A stretch of DNA of 64,000 nucleotides from a virus, in the IMG/VR virus record IMGVR_UViG_2974715202_000001. One strand, 5' to 3'. The notes beneath the pieces were generated by a model that was not told the origin of the DNA, searched no databases, and saw nothing but the letters and a program-made list of their open reading frames with translations. Of this stretch, positions 36,819 through 46,356 are shown one piece after another. Position numbers and translations under genes: made by a program. Numbering within the stretch: position 1 is the first letter of the stretch; each line of letters starts with the position of its first letter.

Positions 36819-37715
36819 TTAGAACTCTTCGGCTTCGGTAGCGCCGCCAACGCCGCCGGTGTCGCCGCGAGGCTGTTCCTGCTTGCTGTAGTCCACCTTC
36901 ACTTCGCCGCCGACGAACGACTTGTACAGATCGGCCGCAGCCTTGAAGTGATCCGGGTTTTTCACCAGGCCTTCCAGTTCGAACTGGACGCCGGACCAGC
37001 TGCCCTTGTCGTTCGACAGACCGACGGTGGTCATGCGGACCAGGTTGGCGAAAGTCGGCGGGGTGCGCAGGCCCTGCGGAGTCTGGACTTTCTTCTGGGA
37101 CAGAGCGGTCATGAGCTTCTTCGAGGCCTTGATCTGCGAAGACGACAGGGAGATCAGGGCCTGGCCGAAATCGCCGGTTTCCGGATCGATGACGATGACG
37201 TAATGGCCACGGGTGTCGGCGAAGTAATCAGATTTCTTGTCGCTTACCGAACCGTCTTCGTTCGGCGCGTACAGTCGCCCTTCTACTTCCTTCACCTTGG
37301 TCGGGTCTTTCATCATTTCCTTGAAGTCTTCGACGCTGATGGACCCTTTGAAACCGCCTTCGGCATCGCGGCCGGCCCAGCGAATGAACTCGCGACGATA
37401 CGCGGCCGGGATGATCAGCAGACCGGTTTTGCCGTCGTAAATCTTGCCGGTGACGGTATTCAGGAACATGCCGGCCTTCGCGCCCTCGATGTATTTCGGG
37501 TCGTCTTCATCGACCTGCGGCGACATCTTTTGTAGCACTTGGATGAAGGGAATGGCATAGGAATCTGCGTCAGCCCCTTCGAAACCAGCGCCGTCATACG
37601 CGCCCAGGTCCATGAAGTCGGGAACGTCAGTAGTCGCGACGGCGCCGCCGTTGGCCACTGCAACGGCCTTGGTTTCTTCGGTTGCTTCGGAAGTCTCGGT
37701 TTTCTTGCCAGCCAT
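36819..37715 (-). CDS. Putative single-stranded DNA-binding protein
   Basis: IPFIQVLQKMSPQV...GAKAG.F.NTVTG family; acidic aromatic C-terminus (AEEF); own promoter. Confidence 0.6.
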   Translation of the reverse strand: MAGKKTETSEATEETKAVAVANGGAVATTDVPDFMDLGAYDGAGFEGADADSYAIPFIQVLQKMSPQVDEDDPKYIEGAKAGMFLNTVTGKIYDGKTGLLIIPAAYRREFIRWAGRDAEGGFKGSISVEDFKEMMKDPTKVKEVEGRLYAPNEDGSVSDKKSDYFADTRGHYVIVIDPETGDFGQALISLSSSQIKASKKLMTALSQKKVQTPQGLRTPPTFANLVRMTTVGLSNDKGSWSGVQFELEGLVKNPDHFKAAADLYKSFVGGEVKVDYSKQEQPRGDTGGVGGATEAEEF

Positions 37716-37763
37716 GTTAGGCTCCTTGTTTGTCGAATTTCAGTTATCGCTAACTGTGGGTTT

Positions 37764-37794
37764 ATAATAACGGAAGTTGCAGCGAAGTAAAGCA
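37764..37794 (-). promoter_or_regulatory. Promoter of the SSB-like gene
   Basis: GCTTTACT (TTTACT at 37786-37791), 16 nt, TATTAT. Confidence 0.6.
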
Positions 37795-37803
37795 AATTAC
37801 ATG

Positions 37804-38424
37804 TTAAGATTTGCTCTTTTTCACCTTCGGCTTCGTGATCTTGGCCTCTTTATATTCGTGGACGCCGATGAAATCTGGCAACTCTTCGCCCTTCTCCAGG
37901 TACTCGCGACCGAACGCCTGGAGGGTCTGGTAGTGAACATCGCGGTTGATGGTGGCGTCATAGCCGGCTTCGATGATCGCTTCGGCCGCCTTCTTCGCAT
38001 CTTCCATTTCTCCGCGACCGAATTCTGCCAGAACTTTGGTCTTGATGATGCCGTCGTTGTCTGTGTCTTCCAGCCACTTCCAGAACTTCGACTTGTTCTC
38101 TTCCTTGACGGAAATGATGGCTTTCGGCTCGACTTTTACCGTGCGGCCATCAGCCAGAGTCGTGGTCTTCTGGCCGAGTTCCTCCAGAAGTTCAGGAATG
38201 GTATTGCGCTTGAGGGTCTTCAGCTCTTCTTCTTTTTCGGCCAGCGCCTTTTGCAATTCGAGGATTTCGCCGTCCAGCTGCGAAGCCTTGTCCACCAAGT
38301 TCAGCAGTCGATGGCCGATGTCGGTAGCTTCGACTGCCATTTCATCCATGACGCCGAAATAGTCAATTTCGCCCGGCGCATTGTCCTTCAGATACTCCGG
38401 AACTTCCAATTCTTGCTCGCTCAT
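37804..38424 (-). CDS. Replication-module protein with coiled coil
   Basis: RBS GGAGG; IPELL.E.G....L.DG and VH.QTL.AF pattern typical of genes beside this SSB family. Confidence 0.7.
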   Translation of the reverse strand: MSEQELEVPEYLKDNAPGEIDYFGVMDEMAVEATDIGHRLLNLVDKASQLDGEILELQKALAEKEEELKTLKRNTIPELLEELGQKTTTLADGRTVKVEPKAIISVKEENKSKFWKWLEDTDNDGIIKTKVLAEFGRGEMEDAKKAAEAIIEAGYDATINRDVHYQTLQAFGREYLEKGEELPDFIGVHEYKEAKITKPKVKKSKS

Positions 38425-38477
38425 GTCAGCCTCCAACTTAGTGATGTTCCCTTACTTGAACTAAGTATTGAGTAGAT

Positions 38478-38506
38478 ATTATGCCGCATCTTCCTTGATA
38501 CGGCTA
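38478..38506 (-). promoter_or_regulatory. Sigma70-like promoter
   Basis: TAGCCG, 17 nt, CATAAT. Confidence 0.5.
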
Positions 38507-38518
38507 CTGATTTACATA

Positions 38519-40078
38519 TTAAATTTCGTCGCGAGTGCTAACGTCAGCCTCGAACACTCCATCGACGACATAACTCGCAAGATTGCGCTTCCACTCCAAG
38601 CTAACCTGGATTTTCTCGTCGATGGAGTCCAGACAGATGAGGTCGAAGTACAGGACAGAGTTGATGGTCCCGATGCGATGGTTTCTGTCTTCGGACTGCA
38701 TCCGCAACTCGTTGTCTTCGTCGGTCGTGTAGTAAATTGCCACGTCTGCGGCGGTGAGCGTGATTCCGATCCCAGCTGCGGCCGGGTTGCCCAGGAAGAC
38801 TTGGACGCGCTTGGCCTGAAAATCATCGATCAGTTTTTCTCGTTCTGCCTCTTTGGTCTCGCCATAATAGGCTCCAAACGAAATTCCTTGGGCCTCAAGA
38901 TACGCAGCGATCTGGCCGATTTCGTGAATCCGCATGGCCCAGATGATGATAGACCGTTCCGGGTCTTCCTCCAACAGACCCTCCAGAAGGTCGGTGAATA
39001 CCGCGAATCGCGGGTTGTCTTCGGGCGGCAGGATCACCGGTTCCCCATAGACGTTGATATAGCCAGATGCCACTTGCTTGAGTTTCGAACGAGCCGCAGC
39101 GGCGTCGAACGATACATCCAACATGAAATCTTCGTTCTTGAGCACGAAGTGGTAGTCTTCTTCCACTCGCTGATAAACCTTCCTTTGCTCAGGCGACATT
39201 TCGAAATATATGCGCTTGTAAACCTTTTCTGGCAGGAATGGTAATGCCTCTTTCTTCGTGACCCGGAAGCTGTGCGGCTCGATCAGGGACCGCAGTTTGT
39301 CGAGATTTCGGAATACTGGCCGCCCCAGATCGTCTTTCTCGACGAGCTGAGGGGGAACGGTCCTCTTTCCATCCAATTTGCGCATGATGGCTATCATTCG
39401 TGGATCGTCACTGGGAACAAGAACAGAAAATTCGGCCACGAACGCCCGATAGGATTTCGTCCCAAGAATGCCATCGCGCAAAAATTGAAACTGCATGAAC
39501 AAATCCGTAGGCGCTCGCGTCAGAGGCGTGCCAGAAAGTATGCGACGCGCCACGGCCTTCTCGCCCAGTTCTACAATTTTCTTTGCGCGTTTCGCCTGTG
39601 GGTTTTTGATCCTCGTTGATTCGTCCACAATCGCGCATACTCTGAACGTCTTGAGGAACCGCTTGACTTCGTCATAGCCAGCCTGATGGTTGATGGCATC
39701 GACGTTGATGGCAAATACCCGAAGCACTTTTTCGTCGGAGAACGTCTCGGCATACAGGCGATCCAAACGCGCCCTAGCCTTTTTGGAAGTCGGTCTGCCG
39801 CGCCAATCCACGCACAGGGTCTTGACTGCGACGTGAGTAGGAATTTCGCGCAGAATCCAGTTGGTATGTACGCCTTTGGGGGCGACGATAAGCAGCGCGT
39901 CAACCCTTCCTTGCAGGAAGAGCCTAACTGAGTCTGCCAAAGTAGTCCAGGTCTTCCCGGTGCCCTGCTCCATCAGGTATGCGAAATTCCTTTTGTTAAG
40001 GGAAGCTTCCAGGGCATTGAACTGGTGTTGCATCGCCTCGGTCTTCATACCCTTGACTGGAAAGGTTTTGGCTTTCAT
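38519..40078 (-). CDS. SNF2-family (SF2) helicase
   Basis: MEQGTGKT, IVDEST, SGTP, GIGITL and QSEDRNHRIG motifs. Confidence 0.9.
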   Translation of the reverse strand: MKAKTFPVKGMKTEAMQHQFNALEASLNKRNFAYLMEQGTGKTWTTLADSVRLFLQGRVDALLIVAPKGVHTNWILREIPTHVAVKTLCVDWRGRPTSKKARARLDRLYAETFSDEKVLRVFAINVDAINHQAGYDEVKRFLKTFRVCAIVDESTRIKNPQAKRAKKIVELGEKAVARRILSGTPLTRAPTDLFMQFQFLRDGILGTKSYRAFVAEFSVLVPSDDPRMIAIMRKLDGKRTVPPQLVEKDDLGRPVFRNLDKLRSLIEPHSFRVTKKEALPFLPEKVYKRIYFEMSPEQRKVYQRVEEDYHFVLKNEDFMLDVSFDAAAARSKLKQVASGYINVYGEPVILPPEDNPRFAVFTDLLEGLLEEDPERSIIIWAMRIHEIGQIAAYLEAQGISFGAYYGETKEAEREKLIDDFQAKRVQVFLGNPAAAGIGITLTAADVAIYYTTDEDNELRMQSEDRNHRIGTINSVLYFDLICLDSIDEKIQVSLEWKRNLASYVVDGVFEADVSTRDEI

Positions 40079-40485
40079 TTGTTCTCCAGATCGGCGAGAA
40101 ATTGAATGATGTTGTCCAGTCCTTCTGCATGACTCGCGACTTCCACCAGGTCGCGGCTGTTAAGATCGAACAGATCGAGCATGGGATTCAGAAGCAGCCA
40201 ATCGGTTCCTATTTTCACCAGAACGAAGCCGCGACCGCCCCAGCCGATCCGCTCCCGAAGGAAAGGTATTTGCCCAGGCTCGAAACAGCGCGCCATTGGG
40301 CAGGTCGAGGTGCGCTTTGGCCAAGCTTCCAGAGCCTTGAACTCGACCCAAAACTGGACACCGTGACGATTCAGACAGATCGAATCGGACATGCCAGACC
40401 GGCGCGTCTCCAGGAAATCGACCAGGATTCTGCCTAGCGAGCGTTGCTTAAACACATTCGCGGCTTTCGTTTCGCGATCATTCAT
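40075..40485 (-). CDS. VRR-NUC-like / resolvase-type nuclease
   Basis: G.SD, WVEFK and Q..FL motifs (PD-(D/E)XK). Confidence 0.7.
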   Translation of the reverse strand: MNDRETKAANVFKQRSLGRILVDFLETRRSGMSDSICLNRHGVQFWVEFKALEAWPKRTSTCPMARCFEPGQIPFLRERIGWGGRGFVLVKIGTDWLLLNPMLDLFDLNSRDLVEVASHAEGLDNIIQFLADLENK

Positions 40486-43400
40486 CGCCATTCCCCTCTT
40501 CGGAATCTTTCTCGGCTTGCGCTGCCAACTTTGCTTTCTCGCGTTCGGTCAATATCCGCTTGACGGCCTTCACGATGAACATATCGATTCCGCTGAGCTT
40601 CCATCCTTTGATGAGGAACCAAGAGCCGGTCGGCGTTCCTTCGGCAATATTCTTCCCGTACTGAATATATTTTTCAGGGCGAATCCTGAAACGAATCGGT
40701 TGGTCAACCGAGTCATCCACGCACATCAAATCGAGGAACTGCGACTGGCCTTTGTACACCGGATTCTTTCCTTGGTCAGCCCTCTTCTTCTGGCGGATCG
40801 GTTCATTCTCATCCGACAGAACTTTCTTTACCATCTTGACGATAACTAGGCCATCGTCGCCATCGCGGATATCCCGAATGTTCTGAATGGGATTTCCGGA
40901 AGTCACCCCAACCAACTCAGGATTGTCATAGGCATGACCCCAGAGCGTATGAGACTCGTTCAAATCCGCGAATTGAACCTCAGAATTGGACAAACTCGCG
41001 GCAACTTTCTCCCAATCCTGAAGCGTTTTAAGATGGGGGCCGGCCAGCTCTTTATATTGCGCCTTCAACTCCTTCAGTTCAGCTTTCAACTCCTTGAGAT
41101 CAGCTTTGAGCAGCTTCTCCAGTTCTTTGTCTTTGCTGACTTTCGCCGAAAGAATCTGGGCTTCCAGCGCGGCAACGTCATCAGACTTATCCTCTACATC
41201 CTGCGCCGAAATCGGGCAATTGGCCAGGGCGATCCTCGCGGCCTTGACTTCCTCGCGAAGACGCAAGAACCGCTCGGCCTTAGCCGGGCCGAAGCCTTTG
41301 GCGTTCATGATGCCGCCGATCAGGCGTCCGTCCGCTACCACCCAGTTGAGTTCGGAATGCTCCGGGTCCAGGGCCGTATATTCTACGCCTTCTTTGGCCA
41401 ATTCGCGAAGGATAGACACAGTTTGCTGGTCGTCCTTCGCCGCCCGGAGGCACGCGGCCGCGTATTCCAGGCGATGATACCGCTTCATGTAGCAGGTCCA
41501 GTACGTCACCACGGCATAGCTTACCGAGTGGGAGCGGTTGAATCCCCAGGCTCCGAACGTCACCATTTCCTGCCAAACTCGGTGAGCGTCTTCCGGGGCG
41601 ACGCCTATGGTCTTGGCGCCTTCGATGAACAGTTCTCGGCGCTTGTTGAAGAACTCTTCACCCTTTCGCGCCGACATCGCTTTCCGGATTGCCGACGTTT
41701 GTTCCCAGTCGAACTGACCAATGTCCTTCACAATTGACATGATCTGTTCTTGGTACAGGAACACGCCATACGTACCAGACAGATACTGCTCGACCTGCGG
41801 AATGGTATAGGTCACAGGCTCGCGACCGGCCACGCGCTCGATGTATTTAGTGGCCATTCCCGAAGACAACGGACCCGGACGAGCGAGCGCCGTAATGTGG
41901 TCGATGTTTTCGAACGCGGTGATGTTGATAGCATTGGCGACCGAGCGGACGGCCTGGCCTTCGAACTGGAAGATGCCTGACATCTTGTCTTCGTTGAGAA
42001 CATCCAAAACCGCCTTGTCGTTCAACGGTAAGTCGTACAACTCTTGTGCGGTCACGCAATTCGCATCTTGGATGACGCCAAGCGTTCGAAGGCCGAGCGC
42101 ATCAATCTTGAGAAGATTCAAATATTCCGAATCAGGCTTGTCGAGCTGCGCGATACCTTCAGAAGTCACCGTACAGAAATCGATTACTTCATCGTTGCAG
42201 ACCAGGATGCCTGCCGCGTGGACGCCGGAGTGGGATGGGTGAATTTCGAGGTCTCCCATGCAGGCGGACGCAATCTCATACTTTTCGCGGAAGTCGCGGC
42301 CGGGTTGAGTTTTTTCGAACGTGTCCTCCAATCCTTTTCCATATCGTTCGTCCGCCGAAGTATATTCGATGATCGAGTTTTTGATGTTGTCGGTATCATG
42401 GAATGGAATGCCGAAGCGCTTCCCGACGTGAGCGATAACCGACGCGGCCTTCAGCGTATTGATGTTACCGAGCTTCACCACGTTCCAAGTGCCGTATTTC
42501 TGCTGGAGATATTCGAACACTAGATAGCGATGGGTATCGGCGAAGTCGATATCTATATCGGGAAGATCGGAACGGGAAATGTCGATAAAGCGCTGGAAGA
42601 GAAGGCGATGCGGGAGCGGATCAACCTCGGTAATACCCAGCAGGTAGCAGACCAAAGAGCCGGCCGAAGAGCCGCGAGCCGGGCCGACCAGCATGTGCTT
42701 CTTGGCGAACGCAACTAGATCGGCTACCACCAGGAAGTAGCTGTCGAAGTCTTTCAGCTGAATTTGCTTGATTTCTTCCTGGAACCGATCTTCGTAAGCT
42801 TGGGTCCATTCCTTGATGTGGCCGCGACTGAGACGGTAGGCTTGGCCCTCGCGAGCCAGGGCGACGATATCACCATCTAGGTGGATCATTGGCGCTTTTG
42901 CCAGTTTTACATCGACCAGCTGCTCGACCACCGCATGCGTATTGGCCACGGCCTCGTCGAACTCTTCGCGGGTCATGATATGGCGAAGACGGGTCCACAA
43001 CTCTTCCTCAGTCGCGATGTGGCGAAGTCCGACCGATTCCCGAACCTTCCAGGCCGAAGCAAAATCTACATGGCCGATGGACGGCATGTCGTTGTAGGAG
43101 GTAATCACCACAGGCTTGCCGAACGCCCTGGCCGTCTCCATGGCGCCGTGCGCGGCGACCATCGACGCAGGATTGATGTCAATGTAGTCGATTCCGGCCA
43201 AGTCCAAGTGGGCATAAGCCTCGCCGGCAAACTTGATGATGCCGTCAGCATCCTGGAATTCTTTGGGCGACAAGCCTTGATTCTGGACAGTCTTCGAAGT
43301 AAGGCGATAGAATTTTCTGGTATCTTTGGCTAGCGCCCAGGCCTTCAGCTTCAGCTCTTTTTCGCCATCATCGGCGCATTTGATCGGGATTTCCATGCCG

Positions 43401-43585
43401 AATCCGCGAGGCAATTCTGCTTTGGTAGCTGCCTGCTCCCAGCGGACGTGACCCCAGGTCCCATCATCGACGATGGCAACAAAAGGTGATTCGATTTCTT
43501 TGGCGCGCTCGATGATTTCCGGAAACCTGCCATATGCGGCGCCGTATGAGTAGCCGGAGCGAACGCGGAGTTGAGGGAAAGACAT
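40478..43585 (-). CDS. dnaE: DNA polymerase III alpha subunit (family C)
   Basis: GPARGSSAGSLV, PDIDIDF, KIDALGL, YQEQIM and FNRSH motifs; N-terminal degenerate PHP domain. Confidence 0.95.
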   Translation of the reverse strand: MSFPQLRVRSGYSYGAAYGRFPEIIERAKEIESPFVAIVDDGTWGHVRWEQAATKAELPRGFGMEIPIKCADDGEKELKLKAWALAKDTRKFYRLTSKTVQNQGLSPKEFQDADGIIKFAGEAYAHLDLAGIDYIDINPASMVAAHGAMETARAFGKPVVITSYNDMPSIGHVDFASAWKVRESVGLRHIATEEELWTRLRHIMTREEFDEAVANTHAVVEQLVDVKLAKAPMIHLDGDIVALAREGQAYRLSRGHIKEWTQAYEDRFQEEIKQIQLKDFDSYFLVVADLVAFAKKHMLVGPARGSSAGSLVCYLLGITEVDPLPHRLLFQRFIDISRSDLPDIDIDFADTHRYLVFEYLQQKYGTWNVVKLGNINTLKAASVIAHVGKRFGIPFHDTDNIKNSIIEYTSADERYGKGLEDTFEKTQPGRDFREKYEIASACMGDLEIHPSHSGVHAAGILVCNDEVIDFCTVTSEGIAQLDKPDSEYLNLLKIDALGLRTLGVIQDANCVTAQELYDLPLNDKAVLDVLNEDKMSGIFQFEGQAVRSVANAINITAFENIDHITALARPGPLSSGMATKYIERVAGREPVTYTIPQVEQYLSGTYGVFLYQEQIMSIVKDIGQFDWEQTSAIRKAMSARKGEEFFNKRRELFIEGAKTIGVAPEDAHRVWQEMVTFGAWGFNRSHSVSYAVVTYWTCYMKRYHRLEYAAACLRAAKDDQQTVSILRELAKEGVEYTALDPEHSELNWVVADGRLIGGIMNAKGFGPAKAERFLRLREEVKAARIALANCPISAQDVEDKSDDVAALEAQILSAKVSKDKELEKLLKADLKELKAELKELKAQYKELAGPHLKTLQDWEKVAASLSNSEVQFADLNESHTLWGHAYDNPELVGVTSGNPIQNIRDIRDGDDGLVIVKMVKKVLSDENEPIRQKKRADQGKNPVYKGQSQFLDLMCVDDSVDQPIRFRIRPEKYIQYGKNIAEGTPTGSWFLIKGWKLSGIDMFIVKAVKRILTEREKAKLAAQAEKDSEEGNGDE

Positions 43586-44139
43586 TATGCGGCCTCCATT
43601 GCTTGATACGCCCGATATACTCCCATGCGCTTGCAGACTTCGTGGAGCAGCCGCACGTCGTCCAATGCCCGGTGCTTCTGAACATAAGGGCCGCAGTAGT
43701 GCTCATACAGATGCTGCAGCCGCATGCGGTGGCCGAACAATGGCGCCGACTCTTCTACAGTACAGATATCGAGCGATGGGAAGTTGACTTCTTCCAAACC
43801 GAGCTTTCCGCGAGCCAAATCGCAGGTAAGCATGAATTTATCGAATGGAAGGTTGTGGGCAATATTTGCGTCGGCCTTCGAAAAGAAATCGCGAACTTTC
43901 TGGCGTTGATCGAGGAACGATGGGTGTTTGATTAAGTCTTCATTCTTCAGGCCTGTGATCTTTGTAATGATTTCTTCGATCACAATCCCAGGGTTGCAGA
44001 TGAACTCGACTTCATCCAAAATCGTCTCGCCATCGGTGATCACTCCGGCGAATTCAATGATCCTCGGTTGCTTTCTCAGACTTACCCTTTGGTGGAACGG
44101 GAGTCCTGTGGTCTCAGTATCCCATACGGCGAATCTCAT
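43585..44139 (-). CDS. DEDDh 3'-5' exonuclease (epsilon-like)
   Basis: DTETTG, AHNLPFD and HRALDD motifs; coupled to dnaE. Confidence 0.9.
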   Translation of the reverse strand: MRFAVWDTETTGLPFHQRVSLRKQPRIIEFAGVITDGETILDEVEFICNPGIVIEEIITKITGLKNEDLIKHPSFLDQRQKVRDFFSKADANIAHNLPFDKFMLTCDLARGKLGLEEVNFPSLDICTVEESAPLFGHRMRLQHLYEHYCGPYVQKHRALDDVRLLHEVCKRMGVYRAYQAMEAA

Positions 44140-44161
44140 GTCTGTTCCCTCTTATGTCGAA

Positions 44162-44187
44162 AGGCCGGCTGCTTTCGCGACCGGCCT
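44162..44187 (-). terminator. Probable terminator
   Basis: AGGCCGG/CCGGCCT stem with a short U-tract on the minus strand. Confidence 0.45.
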
Positions 44188-44214
44188 GAAGAGTATACCG
44201 CAACGGCGCAGGGT

Positions 44215-45243
44215 TTATGCCTTCTGTCCGTCTTTCGGCGTGATGCGGCCGGAGTGCATGGTGGCGTGGACAAACGCTGAATAGTTGATCAAGTCAAATA
44301 CCGAATCGTCATCCTCAAACCCACTATTCGCCAGGCGAGTGAGTTTTCCAACTGTATGCATCACGAACAGGGCGAGCCGATGGTCATCTGCGGTCTTCGC
44401 CACCATGCCATTCGGGAAGAGGATTTCCATGATCTTGCCATACATCAGATCATTTCGACCATAAGCGCTCTGGCGGTCACGGAAAATTTCTGCGGCTGAG
44501 GACAGGTTGTTGAGAACATCCTCCACGAAATCATCGGGATCGGCATCACCGTCACCAGGCCAGGCGGATTCCATGGCGAACGGCGCTGCTGAGTCTTCGG
44601 TCGGCTCTTCGGTCGGCTCTTCGGCCGGTGCTTCGTAGAGCGGAGACGGGGACTGCGCAAACGCCTCGTCGAGGGTAGGGGCGGAGTAGGAGGCTGCGGC
44701 GATCGTCTCGCCTGCCATGTCGTTGGGAGCGCTACCGGGGTCGCTATCGGTTGCGACGGCGAAGAACGGCGCGTCGCAGCCTTCCAGGTCCAGGATGTAG
44801 GCGTCGATGCCCAGGCCCTTGTAGGCGTCGATGATATCCTGGCGGTCATCGAATGCCGCGACGATCCTGGTCAGGCCGTCGATCTTCTTCAGAATATCTA
44901 GCGCGACTGAGCGCTTGAACTCCGGCGCCGGCTGGGTGTTTCCATACTCCCGCATGATGAGCTCATATTCGCGATGTTCGGCGATACCCAGGTCGCGATG
45001 GATTTTCGCCCTGGTCTGGAAATAGTTGTTGTCGGTTCGGCCGGTGATGAAGAAAATCATCAGGTCGGCGTCGATGGCGTTACGGATTCGTGCGACTGCA
45101 TGCGGATTGAGCTTGTCCTTGTCGAGACGGGAATGGTACTCGTCCCATTGCTTTTCCAGGGCGAAGCTTTTACGGTGGCTATCGTCGAAGACGCATCCGT
45201 CCAGATCGAAGATCATGATGCCATTCTTGGGTTTTCGTGCCAT
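44215..45243 (-). CDS. HAD phosphatase (PNK-phosphatase-like) fused through an acidic linker to a DUF1599/DUF6378-like helical domain
   Basis: DLDGC, ITGR and FDDR HAD motifs; C-terminal RQSAYG...KLTR...DSVFDLINYS. Confidence 0.75.
   Translation of the reverse strand: MARKPKNGIMIFDLDGCVFDDSHRKSFALEKQWDEYHSRLDKDKLNPHAVARIRNAIDADLMIFFITGRTDNNYFQTRAKIHRDLGIAEHREYELIMREYGNTQPAPEFKRSVALDILKKIDGLTRIVAAFDDRQDIIDAYKGLGIDAYILDLEGCDAPFFAVATDSDPGSAPNDMAGETIAAASYSAPTLDEAFAQSPSPLYEAPAEEPTEEPTEDSAAPFAMESAWPGDGDADPDDFVEDVLNNLSSAAEIFRDRQSAYGRNDLMYGKIMEILFPNGMVAKTADDHRLALFVMHTVGKLTRLANSGFEDDDSVFDLINYSAFVHATMHSGRITPKDGQKA
44594..44628. repeat. 12-bp tandem repeat (about 3 copies) encoding EEPT
   Basis: TCTTCGGTCGGC twice plus TCTTCGGCCGG. 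Confidence 0.8.
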
Positions 45244-45245
45244 AT

Positions 45246-45437
45246 TCAGATTCCCTCGCTTTCTGCTTTCTGGGTGATGGTTTTCTCGATGAAAGTGCCA
45301 TCGGAAGTTAGACGGAACAGTTCACCGTTCTGAACCAAATCGAACGATTTCACGTTCATGGTGACGCGAATTGATTCGCTGCCGTTGGTCACTTCTACTT
45401 GTGCGACATCACCAACCTTCTCGATGATGATCTTCAT
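45246..45437 (-). CDS. Hypothetical protein, 63 aa
   Basis: ATG 45437 just after the ThyX-like stop. Confidence 0.6.
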   Translation of the reverse strand: MKIIIEKVGDVAQVEVTNGSESIRVTMNVKSFDLVQNGELFRLTSDGTFIEKTITQKAESEGI

Positions 45438-45438
45438 G

Positions 45439-46356
45439 CTACATTGACTTCCCATTGACCGCTACAGGATTGGCCTCTTGTTTCTCCGATCCCCAGAACT
45501 CGCGGCGCAGCTCTTCCTGCTCGGCCGAGCGATCCATCCATGGACGATAGAACTTGCACTGATAGATCGGTTTCACCGGCAACTCAACCACAGGAATCTG
45601 GCCGGGCTTCGTCTCCAGAGCGGACATGAAGCGGTCATAGGATTGCTCATGGATCTCATCTTCATTCAGAACCTTCGATCCATAGCGCGGGAAGGCACAG
45701 GAGCCAGTGGCGACGCAGTGCGGCTGGAGCAGACTATCGAACATAGGATAGACTTCCAGAACCAGTCGGCGCATTTCGCGGAAGGCTTCCTGATACTCCC
45801 CTTGCGTACGAACACACAGGCGAACTTTCGCCATGTCGCTGAGAGTCCGCAGATTGAACTTGGCCGCGATCTTCGTTTCCATGTTGGAAGGGATGATCGC
45901 GCGGGCATCCTGGAGCGATGCGCCGGCATCCAAGAGCTTCTGGTAACTGGTCTGCGCGTCGGCGATGGCATCGTGCCACAGGCGGTTCAGCTCTTCGCGG
46001 GCGTGATAGGTCGGGTCCGGCTCGCCATTGGCCGTAGCCTGCTCATCGAAATCCCAGCGGAATGCTTCCGGCTGAACAACGGCGCTAACCTCCAGGGCGC
46101 GACTGGTTTCCTGCTGGTAAGCGCCGGTCCGCGTCCGAACGAGTTGATGGGTGAAATTCTTGCTCACACCCTCGATCTGGAAAATGAAGTCCACGAATTC
46201 GAACGGCGAGCGAATGGTGTCAAGCATGTACTTCCAGTGGTCGAGCTTTTCGGCTTCGGTCATGGTCGTCGGGTCTTGGCCGCGCATGCGAGTGGATTTC
46301 GTCCCCAGGAGAAGTTCCCAGGCGTTCTGGGTGTAACTTATCAGAGAAATTTTCAT
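45439..46356 (-). CDS. thyX: Divergent ThyX-like flavin-dependent enzyme
   Basis: SPFEF, THQLVRTR...QQETSR, QDAR.IIP and NLRTL motifs. Confidence 0.8.
   Translation of the reverse strand: MKISLISYTQNAWELLLGTKSTRMRGQDPTTMTEAEKLDHWKYMLDTIRSPFEFVDFIFQIEGVSKNFTHQLVRTRTGAYQQETSRALEVSAVVQPEAFRWDFDEQATANGEPDPTYHAREELNRLWHDAIADAQTSYQKLLDAGASLQDARAIIPSNMETKIAAKFNLRTLSDMAKVRLCVRTQGEYQEAFREMRRLVLEVYPMFDSLLQPHCVATGSCAFPRYGSKVLNEDEIHEQSYDRFMSALETKPGQIPVVELPVKPIYQCKFYRPWMDRSAEQEELRREFWGSEKQEANPVAVNGKSM

Noticed and set aside
40990-41260. Intein or intron in dnaE
   Set aside because: No Cys/Ser start, His-Asn end or homing endonuclease motifs; the frame is continuous.
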